A stretch of 64,000 bases of DNA, from NCBI GenBank assembly GCA_004431415.1, contig QPMI01000046.1, forward strand, positions 62,001 through 126,000. Direction: 5' to 3'. Source of the stretch: Cyanophora paradoxa CCMP329. Its lineage: Eukaryota; Plantae; Glaucophyta. The notes beneath the pieces were generated by a model. It saw only the letters and a list, made by a program, of their open reading frames with translations, was not told where the DNA came from and did no database searches. The translations under genes were made by a program, and so were the position numbers. This document shows positions 1 to 12,000 of the stretch, one piece after another. Within the stretch, counting starts at the first letter, position 1; the number at the start of each line of letters is the position of its first letter.

Positions 1-3000
1 ACCTTGCCGTCGCCGATCACCGAGTAGCTCGCGGGCTGCCCGCGCGCGGACGGTTCCACGAGAGGCGGCCCGACGACCGAAGAGGCCCGGCGAGCTCGTC
101 AGCTGCAGGTTCGAGGGCGCCATGTCCGCGGGGCTCGCGGGCCCGCGCCGGAGCCGGCCGGGTACGAGGCGAGAGGCACGCTGTTGCTGGCGGGGCCCGC
201 GGGGCTGCCCGACGACGACAGCGGCACCACCGAGAAGTACGAGTTGGCCGCCGCGCTCGGGCTGAGGCCCTTGGGCGCGAAGGTGTTGACGCCCGACGGC
301 GAGGCCTTGGCAGTGGCGACCTGGCGGCCGTCCTGCAGTACGCCGAAGCTGCCGCGAAAAAGCGCGTCAGCGCCCGCAGAGACGGCCCCGCGCGCGAAAC
401 ACGGCTGCCGCACCTCGGGACGTTGCCGAGGCCGCTCGGCGTGGTCCACGCCAGCAGCGCGCTCGGGCTGGAGCCGGAGCCCGCCGGCGTCGACGTCAGC
501 GCGATGCCGGAGCTCGGGTCGCTCGGCAGCGAGGCCGCGAGCGGCGACGAGGCCGGGCCCGCGACGCCATTGCTGTCGAACGGCACCACCTGCAGGGTCG
601 AGGCGCCGCCGTTGGTCGGCAGGCCGGAGACCGGGACCGAGGTCTGGCCGCCGGGGACCGACGCGACGGGCTTGCCGTCCTTGAGGACGGTGTACGAGGC
701 GGGCGAGCCCGAGGCCGGGCGCTTCCACGAGAGGGTGGCGGAGCCGGGACCGCTGCCGTTGAAGCTGCTGAGGGCCAGGCTCGAGGGCGCGAGCGGGCTC
801 GGGGCGGGCGCGTCCACGCCAGAGCGGCGATGCCGGCACCAGGGCCAGACGAGGGCCCATACGGGCCCGCGCCAGGGCCACCGTAGCCGGGGGCGCCTGC
901 TCCGCTGTAGGCGGGCGCCGGGCCCGAGCCGCTGCTAGCCGTGTTCGAGGCCGGGCCCACCGCGCCGTTCGCCGCGACCGGCACAACCTGGTAGACGCTG
1001 CCGGGCTCGCCGCTCTTGGGCGAGACGTCGAACGTGGTCTGGTTGGCCGGGACGCTGCCGAGGACCTTGCCGTCGCCGATCACCGAGTAGCTCGCGGGGC
1101 TGCCCGCGCGCGGACGGTTCCACGAGAGGCGGCTCGACGAGAAGAGGCCCGGCGAGCTCGTCAGCTGCAGGTTCGAGGGCGCCATGTCCGCGGGGCTCGC
1201 GGGACCCGCGCCGGAGCCGGCCGGGTACGAGGCGAGAGGCACGCTGTTGCTGGCGGGGCCCGCGGGGCTGCCCGACGACGACAGCGGCACCACCGAGAAG
1301 TACGAGTTGGCCGCCGCGCTCGGGCTGAGGCCCTTGGGCGCGAAGGTGTTGACGCCCGACGGCGAGGCCTTGGCAGTGGCGACCTGGCGGCCGTCCTGCA
1401 GGACGCCGAAGCTGCCGCGAAAAAGCGCGTCAGCGCCCGCTGAGACGGCCCCGCGCGCGAAACACGGCTGCCGCACCTCGGGACGTTGCCGAGGCCGCTC
1501 GGCGTGGTCCACGCCAGCAGCGCGCTCGGGCTGGAGCCGGAGCCCGCCGGCGTCGACGTCAGCGCGATGCCGGAGCTCGGGTCGCTCGGCAGCGAGGCCG
1601 CGAGCGGCGACGAGGCCGGGCCCGCGACGCCGTTGCTGTCGAACGGCACCACCTGCAGGGTCGAGGCGCCGCCGTTGGTCGGCAGGCCAAGACCGGACCG
1701 AGGTCTGGCCGCCGGGGACCGCCGCGACGGGCTTGCCGTCCTTGAGGACGGTGTACGAGGCGGGCGAGCCCGAGGCCGGGCGCTTCCACGAGAGGGTTGC
1801 GGAGCCGGGGCCGCTGCCGTTGAAGCTGCTGAGGGCGAGGCTCGAGGGCGCGAGCGGGCTCGGGGCGGGCGCATCCACGCCAGAGCCGGCAATGCCGGCG
1901 CCGGGGCTCGACGGGCTGGCAGGGCCGAACGCGCACCGAAGCTGCCCGACCCGGACGGACCGCTCGGCGAGGTCGCGCGGCCGGCGCCATCGCCGCGCAG
2001 TTAGACGCCGAGGAATAAGGCCGTCCGATCCCGCCGGCGCGCCGCCGTACCGGCGCCGCTCAGGGCCGCCGCTCCGACGCCGGCGTACGGGCCAGGCCAT
2101 AGCCGGAGCCCGAGCTGGAAGCGAGGTTCGAGGCCGGGCCCACCGCGCCGTTCGCCGCGACCGGCATAACCTGGTAGACGCTGCCGGGCTCGCCGCTCTT
2201 GGGCGAGACGTCGAACGTGGTCTGGTTGGCCGGGACGCTGCGAGGACCTTGCCGTCGCCGATCACCGAGTAGCTCGCGGGGCTGCCCGCGCGCGGACGGT
2301 TCCACGAGAGGCGGCTCGACGAGAAGAGGCCCGGCGAGCTCGTCAGCTGCAGGTTCGAGGGCGCCATGTCCGCGGGGCTCGCGGGCCCGCGCCGGAGCCG
2401 GCCGGGTACGAGGCGAGAGGCACGCTGTTGCTGGCGGGGCCTGCGGGGCTGCCCGACGACGACAGCGGCACCACCGAGAAGTACGAGTTGGCGCCGCGCT
2501 CGGGCTGAGGCCCTTGGGCGCGAAGGTGTTGACGCCCGACGGCGAGGCCTTGGCAGTGGCGACCTGGCGGCCGTCCTGCAGGACGCCGAAGCTGCCGCGA
2601 AAAAGCGCGTCAGCGCCCGCAGAGACGGCCCGCGCGCGAAACACGGCTGCCGCACCTCGGGACGTTGCCGAGGCCGCTCGGCGTGGTCCACGCCAGCAGC
2701 GCGCTCGGGCTGGAGCCGGAGCCCGCCGGCGTCGACGTCAGCGCGATGCCGGAGCTCGGGTCGCTCGGCAGCGAGGCCGCGAGCGGCGACGAGGCCGGGC
2801 CGCGACGCCATTGCTGTCGAACGGCACCACCTGCAGGGTCGAGGCGCCGCCGTTGGTCGGCAGGCCGGAGACCGGGACCGAGGTCTGGCCGCCGGGGACC
2901 GACGCGACGGGCTTGCCGTCCTTGAGGACGGTGTACGAGGCGGGCGAGCCCGAGGCCGGGCGCTTCCACGAGAGGGTGGCGGAGCCGGGACCGCTGCCGT

Positions 3001-6000
3001 TGAAGCTGCTGAGGGCCAGGCTCGAGGGCGCGAGCGGGCTCGGGGCGGGCGCGTCCACGCCAGAGCCGGCGATGCCGGCGCCAGGACCAGTCGAGGGCCC
3101 ATACGGGCCCGCGCCAGGGCCACCGTAGCCGGGGGCGCCTGCTCCGCTGTAGGCGGGCGCCGGGCCCGAGCCGCTGCTAGCCGTGTTCGAGGCCGGGCCC
3201 ACCGCGCCGTTCGCCGCGACCGGCACAACCTGGTAGACGCTGCCGGGCTCGCCGCTCTTGGGCGAGACGTCGAACGTGGTCTGGTTGGCCGGGACGCTGT
3301 CGAGGACCTTGCCGTCGCCGATCACCGAGTAGCTCGCGGGGCTGCCCGCGCGCGGACGGTTCCACGAGAGGCGGCTCGACGAGAAGAGGCCCGGCGAGCT
3401 CGTCAGCTGCAGGTTCGAGGGCGCCATGTCCGCGGGGCTCGCGGGGCCCGCGCCGGAGCCGGCCGGGTACGAGGCGAGCGGCACGCTGTTGCTGGCGGGG
3501 CCCGCGGGGCTGCCCAACGACGACAGCGGCACCACCGAGAAGTACGAGTTGGCCGCCGCGCTCGGGCTGAGGCCCTTGGGCGCGAAGGTGTTGACGCCCG
3601 ACGGCGAGGCCTTGGCAGTGGCGACCTGGCGGCCGTCCTGCAGGACGCCGAAGCTGCCGCGAAAAAGCGCGTCAGCGCCCGCTGAGACGGCCCCGCGCGC
3701 GAAACACGGCTGCCGCACCTCGGGACGTTGCCGAGGCCGCTCGGCGTGGTCCACGCCAACAGCGCATTCGATCCAGCACCAGAGCTTGTCGACGTCAGCG
3801 CGATGCCGGAGCTCGGGTCGCTCGGCAGCGAAGCCGCGAGCGGCGACGAGGCCGGGCCCGCGACGCCATTGCTGTCGAACGGCACCACCTGCAGGGTCGA
3901 GGCGCCGCCGTTGGTCGGCAGGCCGGAGACAGGGACCGAGGTCTGGCCGCCGGGGACCGCCGCGACGGGCTTGCCGTCCTTGAGGACGGTGTACGAGGCG
4001 GGCGAGCCCGAGGCCGGGCGCTTCCACGAGAGGGTGGCGGAGCCGAGGCCGCTGCCGTTGAAGCTGCTGAGGCCCAGGCTCGAGGGGGCGAGCGGGCTCG
4101 GGGCGGGCGCATCCACGCCAGAGCCGGCAATGCCGGCGCCGGGGCCAGACGAGGGCCCATACGGATCAGCTGCAGCCCCGCCGTAGCCGGGAACGCTTGC
4201 TCCGCTGTAGGCGGGCGCCGGGCCGGAGCCGCTGCTAGCCGTGTTCGAGGCCGGGCCCACCGCGCCGTTCGCCGCGACCGGCACAACCTGGTAGACGCTG
4301 CCGGGCTCGCCGCTCTTGGGCGAGACGTCGAACGTGGTCTGGTTTGCCGGGACGCTGCCGAGGACCTTGCCGTCGCCGATCACCGAGTAGCTCGCGGGGC
4401 TGCCCGCGCGCGGACGGTTCCACGAGAGGCGGCTCGACGAGAAGAGGCCCGGCGAGCTCGTCAGCTGCAGGTTCGAGGGCGCCATGTCCGCGGGGCTCGC
4501 GGGGCCCGCGCCGGAGCCGGCCGGGTACGAGGCGAGAGGCACGCTGTTGCTGGCGGGGCCCGCGGGGCTGCCCGACGACGACAGCGGCACAACCGAGAAG
4601 TACGAGTTGGCCGCCGCGCTCGGGCTGAGGCCCTTGGGCGCGAAGGTGTTGACGCCCGACGGCGAGGCCTTGGCAGTGGCGACCTGGCGGCCGTCCTGCA
4701 GGACGCCGAAGCTGCCGCGAAAAAGCGCGTCAGCGCCCGCTGAGACGGCCCCACGCGCGAAACACGGCTGCCGCACCTTGGGACGTTGCCGAGGCCGCTC
4801 GGCGTGGTCCACGCCAGCAGCGCGCTCGGGCTGGAGCCGGAGCCCGCCGGCGTCGACGTCAGCGCGATGCCGGAGCTCGGGTCGCTCGGCAGCGAGGCCG
4901 CGAGCGGCGACGAGGCCGGGCCCGCGACGCCATTGCTGTCGAACGGCACCACCTGCAGGGTTGAGGCGCCGCCGTTGGTCGGCAGGCCGGAGACCGGGAC
5001 CGAGGTCTGGCCGCCGGGGACCGCCGCGACGGGCTTGCCGTCCTTGAGGACGGTGTACGAGGCGGGCGAGCCCGAGGCCGGGCGCTTCCACGAGAGGGTG
5101 GCGGAGCCGGGGCCGCTGCCGTTGAAGCTGCTGAGGCCCAGGCTCGAGGGGGCGAGCGGGCTCGGGGCGGGCGCGTCCACGCCAGAGCCGGCAATGCCGG
5201 CGCCGGGGCTCGACGGGCTGGCGGGGCCGAACGCGCCACCGAAGCTGCCGACCCGGACGGACCGCTCGGCGAGTCGCGCGGCCGGCGCCATCGCCGCGCA
5301 AGTTAGACGCCGAGGACCAAAGGCCATCCGATCCCGCCGGCGCGCCGCCGTACCCGGCGCCGCTCAGGGCCGCCGCTCCGATGCCGGCGTACGGGCCAGG
5401 CCCATAGCCGGAGCCCGAGCTGGAAGCGAGGTTCGAGGCCGGGCCCACCGCGCCGTTCGCCGCGACCGGCATAACCTGGTAGACGCTGCCGGGCTCGCCG
5501 CTCTTGGGCGAGACGTCGAACGTGGTCTGGTTGGCCGGGACGCTGCCGAGGACCTTGCCGTCGCCGATCACCGAGTAGCTCGCGGGGCTGCCCGCGCGCG
5601 GACGGTTCCACGAGAGGCGGCCCGACGACCCGAAGAGGCCCGGCGAGCTCGTCAGCTGCAGGTTCGAGGGCGCCATGTCCGCGGGGCTCGCGGGGCCCGC
5701 GCCGGAGCCGGCCGGGTACGAGGCGAGAGGCACGCTGTTGCTGGCGGGGCCCGCGGGGCTGCCCGACGACGACAGCGGCACCACCGAGAAGTACGAGTTG
5801 GCCGCCGCGCTCGGGCTGAGGCCCTTGGGCGCGAAGGTGTTGACGCCCGACGGCGAGGCCTTGGCAGTGGCGACCTGGCGGCCGTCCTGCAGTACGCCGA
5901 AGCTGCCGCGAAAAAGCGCGTCAGCGCCCGCAGAGACGGCCCCGCGCGCGAAACACGGCTGCCGCACCTCGGGACGTTGCCGAGGCCGCTCGGCGTGGTC

Positions 6001-9000
6001 CACGCCAGCAGCGCGCTCGGCTGGAGCCGGAGCCCGCCGGCGTCGACGTCAGCGCGATGCCGGAGCTCGGGTCGCTCGGCAGCGAGGCCGCGAGCGGCGA
6101 CGAGGCCGGGCCCGCGACGCCATTGCTGTCGAACGGCACCACCTGCAGGGTCGAGGCGCCGCCGTTGGTCGGCAGGCCGGAGACCGGACCGAGGTCTGGC
6201 CGCCGGGGACCGACGCGACGGGCTTGCCGTCCTTGAGGACGGTGTACGAGGCGGGCGAGCCGAGGCCGGGCGCTTCCACGAGAGGGTGGCGGAGCCGGGA
6301 CCGCTGCCGTTGAAGCTGCTGAGGGCCAGGCTCGAGGGCGCGAGCGGGCTCGGGGCGGGCGCGTCCACGCCAGAGCCGGCGATGCCGGCGCCAGGACCAG
6401 TCGAGGGCCCATACGGGCCCGCGCCAGGGCCACCGTAGCCGGGGGCGCCTGCTCCGCTGTAGGCGGGCGCCGGGCCCGAGCCGCTGCTAGCCGTGTTCGA
6501 GGCCGGGCCCACCGCGCCGTTCGCCGCGACCGGCACAACCTGGTAGACGCTGCCGGGCTCGCCGCTCTTGGGCGAGACGTCGAACGTGGTCTGGTTGGCC
6601 GGACGCTGCCGAGGACCTTGCCGTCGCCGATCACCGAGTAGCTCGCGGGGCTGCCCGCGCGCGGACGGTTCCACGAGAGGCGGCTCGACGAGAAGAGGCC
6701 CGGCGAGCTCGTCAGCTGCAGGTTCGAGGGCGCCATGTCCGCGGGGCTCGCGGGCCCGCGCCGGAGCCGGCCGGGTACGAGGCGAGAGGCACGCTGTTGC
6801 TGGCGGGGCCCGCGGGGCTGCCCGACGACGACAGCGGCACCACCGAGAAGTACGAGTTGGCCGCCGCGCTCGGGCTGAGGCCCTTGGGCGCGAAGGTGTT
6901 GACGCCCGACGGCGAGGCCTTGGCAGTGGCGACCTGGCGGCCGTCCTGCAGGACGCCGAAGCTGCCGCGAAAAAGCGCGTCAGCGCCCGCTGAGACGGCC
7001 CCGCGCGCGAAACACGGCTGCCGCACCTCGGGACGTTGCCGAGGCCGCTCGGCGTGGTCCACGCCAGCAGCGCGCTCGGGCTGGAGCCGGAGCCCGCCGG
7101 CGTCGACGTCAGCGCGATGCCGGAGCTCGGGTCGCTCGGCAGCGAGGCCGCGAGCGGCGACGAGGCCGGGCCCGCGACGCCGTTGCTGTCGAACGGCACC
7201 ACCTGCAGGGTCGAGGCGCCGCCGTTGGTCGGCAGGCCCAAGACCGGGACCGAGGTCTGGCCGCCGGGGACCGCCGCGACGGGCTTGCCGTCCTTGAGGA
7301 CGGTGTACGAGGCGGGCGAGCCCGAGGCCGGGCGCTTCCACGAGAGGGTTGCGGAGCCGGGGCCGCTGCCGTTGAAGCTGCTGAGGGCGAGGCTCGAGGG
7401 CGCGAGCGGGCTCGGGGCGGGCGCATCCACGCCAGAGCCGGCAATGCCGGCGCCGGGGCTCGACGGGCTGGCAGGGCCGAACGCGCCACCGAAGCTGCCC
7501 GACCCGGACGGACCGCTCGGCGAGGTCGCGCGGCCGGCGCCATCGCCGCGCAAGTTAGACGCCGAGGAATAAAGGCCGTCCGATCCCGCCGGCGCGCCGC
7601 CGTACCCGGCGCCGCTCAGGGCCGCCGCTCCGATGCCGGCGTACGGGCCAGGCCCATAGCCGGAGCCCGAGCTGGAAGCGGGGTTCGAGGCCGGGCCCAC
7701 CGCGCCGTTCGCCGCGACCGGCATAACCTGGTAGACGCTGCCGGGCTCGCCGCTCTTGGGCGAGACGTCGAACGTGGTCTGGTTGGCCGGGACGCTGCCG
7801 AGGACCTTGCCGTCGCCGATCACCGAGTAGCTCGCGGGGCTGCCCGCGCGCGGACGGTTCCACGAGAGGCGGCTCGACGAGAAGAGGCCCGGCGAGCTCG
7901 TCAGCTGCAGGTTCGAGGGCGCCATGTCCGCGGGGCTCGCGGGGCCCGCGCCGGAGCCGGCCGGGTACGAGGCGAGAGGCACGCTGTTGCTGGCGGGGCC
8001 TGCGGGGCTGCCCGACGACGACAGCGGCACCACCGAGAAGTACGAGTTGGCCGCCGCGCTCGGGCTGAGGCCCTTGGGCGCGAAGGTGTTGACGCCCGAC
8101 GGCGAGGCCTTGGCAGTGGCGACCTGGCGGCCGTCCTGCAGGACGCCGAAGCTGCCGCGAAAAAGCGCGTCAGCGCCCGCAGAGACGGCCCCGCGCGCGA
8201 AACACGGCTGCCGCACCTCGGGACGTTGCCGAGGCCGCTCGGCGTGGTCCACGCCAGCAGCGCGCTCGGGCTGGAGCCGGAGCCCGCCGGCGTCGACGTC
8301 AGCGCGATGCCGGAGCTCGGGTCGCTCGGCAGCGAGGCCGCGAGCGGCGACGAGGCCGGGCCCGCGACGCCATTGCTGTCGAACGGCACCACCTGCAGGG
8401 TCAAGGCGCCGCCGTTGGTCGGCAGGCCGGAGACCGGGACCGAGGTCTGGCCGCCGGGGACCGACGCGACGGGCTTGCCGTCCTTGAGGACGGTGTACGA
8501 GGCGGGCGAGCCCGAGGCCGGGCGCTTCCACGAGAGGGTGGCGGAGCCGGGACCGCTGCCGTTGAAGCTGCTGAGGGCCAGGCTCGAGGGCGCGAGCGGG
8601 CTCGGGGCGGGCGCGTCCACGCCAGAGCCGGCGATGCCGGCGCCAGGACCAGTCGAGGGCCCATACGGGCCCGCGCCAGGGCCACCGTAGCCGGGGCGCC
8701 TGCTCCGCTGTAGGCGGGCGCCGGGCCCGAGCCGCTGCTAGCCGTGTTCGAGGCCGGGCCCACCGCGCCGTTCGCCGCGACCGGCACAACCTGGTAGACG
8801 CTGCCGGGCTCGCCGCTCTTGGGCGAGACGTCGAACGTGGTCTGGTTGGCCGGGACGCTGTCGAGGACCTTGCCGTCGCCGATCACCGAGTAGCTCGCGG
8901 GCTGCCCGCGCGCGGACGGTTCCACGAGAGGCGGCTCGACGAGAAGAGGCCCGGCGAGCTCGTCAGCTGCAGGTTCGAGGGCGCCATGTCCGCGGGGCTC

Positions 9001-12000
9001 GCGGGGCCCGCGCCGGAGCCGGCCGGGTACGAGGCGAGCGGCACGCTGTTGCTGGCGGGGCCCGCGGGGCTGCCCAACGACGACAGCGGCACCACCGAGA
9101 AGTACGAGTTGGCCGCCGCGCTCGGGCTGAGGCCCTTGGGCGCGAAGGTGTTGACGCCCGACGGCGAGGCCTTGGCAGTGGCGACCTGGCGGCCGTCCTG
9201 CAGGACGCCGAAGCTGCCGCGAAAAAGCGCGTCAGCGCCCGCTGAGACGGCCCCGCGCGCGAAACACGGCTGCCGCACCTCGGGACGTTGCCGAGGCCGC
9301 TCGGCGTGGTCCACGCCAACAGCGCATTCGATCCAGCACCAGAGCTTGTCGACGTCAGCGCGATGCCGGAGCTCGGGTCGCTCGGCAGCGAAGCCGCGAG
9401 CGGCGACGAGGCCGGGCCCGCGACGCCATTGCTGTCGAACGGCACCACCTGCAGGGTCGAGGCGCCGCCGTTGGTCGGCAGGCCGGAGACAGGGACCGAG
9501 GTCTGGCCGCCGGGGACCGCCGCGACGGGCTTGCCGTCCTTGAGGACGGTGTACGAGGCGGGCGAGCCCGAGGCCGGGCGCTTCCACGAGAGGGTGGCGG
9601 AGCCGAGGCCGCTGCCGTTGAAGCTGCTGAGGCCCAGGCTCGAGGGGGCGAGCGGGCTCGGGGCGGGCGCATCCACGCCAGAGCCGGCAATGCCGGCGCC
9701 GGGGCTCGACGGGCTGGCGGGGCCGAACGCGCCACCGAAGCTGCCCGACCCGGACGGACCGCTCGGCGAGGTCGCGCGGCCGGCGCCATCGCCGCGCAAG
9801 TTAAACGCAGAGGAATACAGGCCGTCCGATCCCGCCGGCGCGCCGCCGTACCCGGCGCCGCTCAGGGCCGCCGCACCGACGCCGGCGTACGGGCCAGGCC
9901 CATAGCCGGAGCCCGAGCTGGAAGCGGGGTTCGAGGCCGGGCCCACCGCGCCGTTCGCCGCGACCGGCACAACCTGGTAGACGCTGCCGGGCTCGCCGCT
10001 CTTGGGCGAGACGTCGAACGTGGTCTGGTTGGCCGGGACGCTGCCGAGGACCTTGCCGTCGCCGATCACCGAGTAGCTCGCGGGGTTGCCCGCGCGCGGA
10101 CGGTTCCACGACAGGCGGCTCGACGAGAAGAGGCCCGGCGAGCTCGTCAGCTGCAGGTTCGAGGGCGCCATGTCCGCGGGGCTCGCGGGGCCCGCGCCGG
10201 AGCCGGCCGGGTACGAGGCGAGCGGCACGCTGTTGCTGGCGGGGCCCGCGGGGCTGCCCGACGACGACAGCGGCACAACCGAGAAGTACGAGTTGGCCGC
10301 CGCGCTCGGGCTGAGGCCCTTGGGCGCGAAGGTGTTGACGCCCGACGGCGAGGCCTTGGCAGTGGCGACCTGGCGGCCGTCCTGCAGGACGCCGAAGCTG
10401 CCGCGAAAAAGCGCGTCAGCGCCCGCAGAGACGGCCCCGCGCGCGAAACACGGCTGCCGCACCTCGGGACATTGCCGAGGCCGCTCGGCGTGGTCCACGC
10501 CAGCAGCGCGCTCGGGCTGGAGCCGGAGCCCGCCGGCGTCGACGTCAGCGCGATGCCGGAGCTCGGGTCGCTCGGCAGCGAGGCCGCGAGCGGCGACGAG
10601 GCCGGGCCCGCGACGCCGTTGCTGTCGAACGGCACCACCTGCAGGGTCGAGGCGCCGCCGTTGGTCGGCAGGCCCAAGACCGGGACCGAGGTCTGGCCGC
10701 CGGGGACCGACGCGACGGGCTTGCCGTCCTTGAGGACGGTGTACGAGGCCGGCGAGCCCGAGGCCGGGCGCTTCCACGAGAGGGTGGCGGAGCCGGGGCC
10801 GCTGCCGTTGAAGCTGCTGAGGGCCAGGCTAGACGGGGCGAGCGGGCTCGGGGCGGGCGCGTCCACGCCAGAGTTGGCGATGCCGGCACCAGGGCCAGAC
10901 GAGGGCCCATACGGGCCCGCGCCAGGGCCACCGTAGCCGGGGGCGCCTGCTCCGCTGTAGGCGGGCGCCGGGCCCGAGCCGCTGCTAGCCGTGTTCGAGG
11001 CCGGGCCCACCGCGCCGTTCGCCGCGACCGGCACAACCTGGTAGACGCTGCCGGCTCGCCGCTCTTGGGCGAGACGTCGAACGTGGTCTGGTTGGCCGGG
11101 ACGCTGCCGAGGACCTTGCCGTCGCCGATCACCGAGTAGCTCGCGGGGCTGCCCGCGCGCGGACGGTTCCACGAGAGGCGGCTCGACGAGAAGAGGCCCG
11201 GCGAGCTCGTCAGCTGCAGGTTCGAGGGCGCCATGTCCGCGGGGCTCGCGGGGCCCGCGCCGGAGCCGGTCGGGTACGAGGCGAGAGGCACGCTGTTGCT
11301 GGCGGGGCCCGCGGGGCTGCCCGACGACGACAGCGGCACCACCGAGAAGTACGAGTTGGCCGCCACGCTCGGGCTGAGGCCCTTGGGCGCGAAGGTGTTG
11401 ACGCCCGACGGCGAGGCCTTGGCAGTGGCGACCTGGCGGCCGTCCTGCAGGACGCCGAAGCTGCCGCGAAAAAGCGCGTCAGCGCCCGCAGAGCCGGCCA
11501 CGCGCGCGAGACACGGCTGCCGCACCTCGGGACGTTGCCGAGGCCGCTCGGCGTGGTCCACGCCAACAGCGCATTCGATCCAGCACCAGAGCTTGTCGAC
11601 GTCAGCGCGATGCCGGAGCTCGGGTCGCTCGGCAGCGAGGCCGCGAGCGGCGACGAGGCCGGGCCCGCGACGCCGTTGCTGTCGAACGGCACCACCTGCA
11701 GGGTCGAGGCGCCGCCGTTGGTCGGCAGGCCCAAGACCGGGACCGAGGTCTGGCCGCCGGGGACCGACGCGACGGGCTTGCCGTCCTTGAGGACGGTGTA
11801 CGAGGCGGGCGAGCCCGAGGCCGGGCGCTTCCACGAGAGGGTGGCGGAGCCGGGGCCGCTGCCGTTGAAGCTGCTGAGGGCCAGGCTCGAGGGGGCGAGC
11901 GGGCTCGGGGCGGGCGCGTCCATGCCAGAGCCGGCGATGCCGGCGCCAGGACCAGTCGAGGGCCCATACGGATCAGCCCCAGCGCCATTGTAGCCAGGGG

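Noticed and set aside
1-11100. Scattered single-base frameshifts suggesting pseudogenisation or programmed frameshifting
   Set aside because: They are single-base losses, mostly in G/C runs, that differ between near-identical units (compare 1930-2100 with 7490-7680). Long-read consensus error is the likelier cause, though decay after the insertion cannot be excluded.
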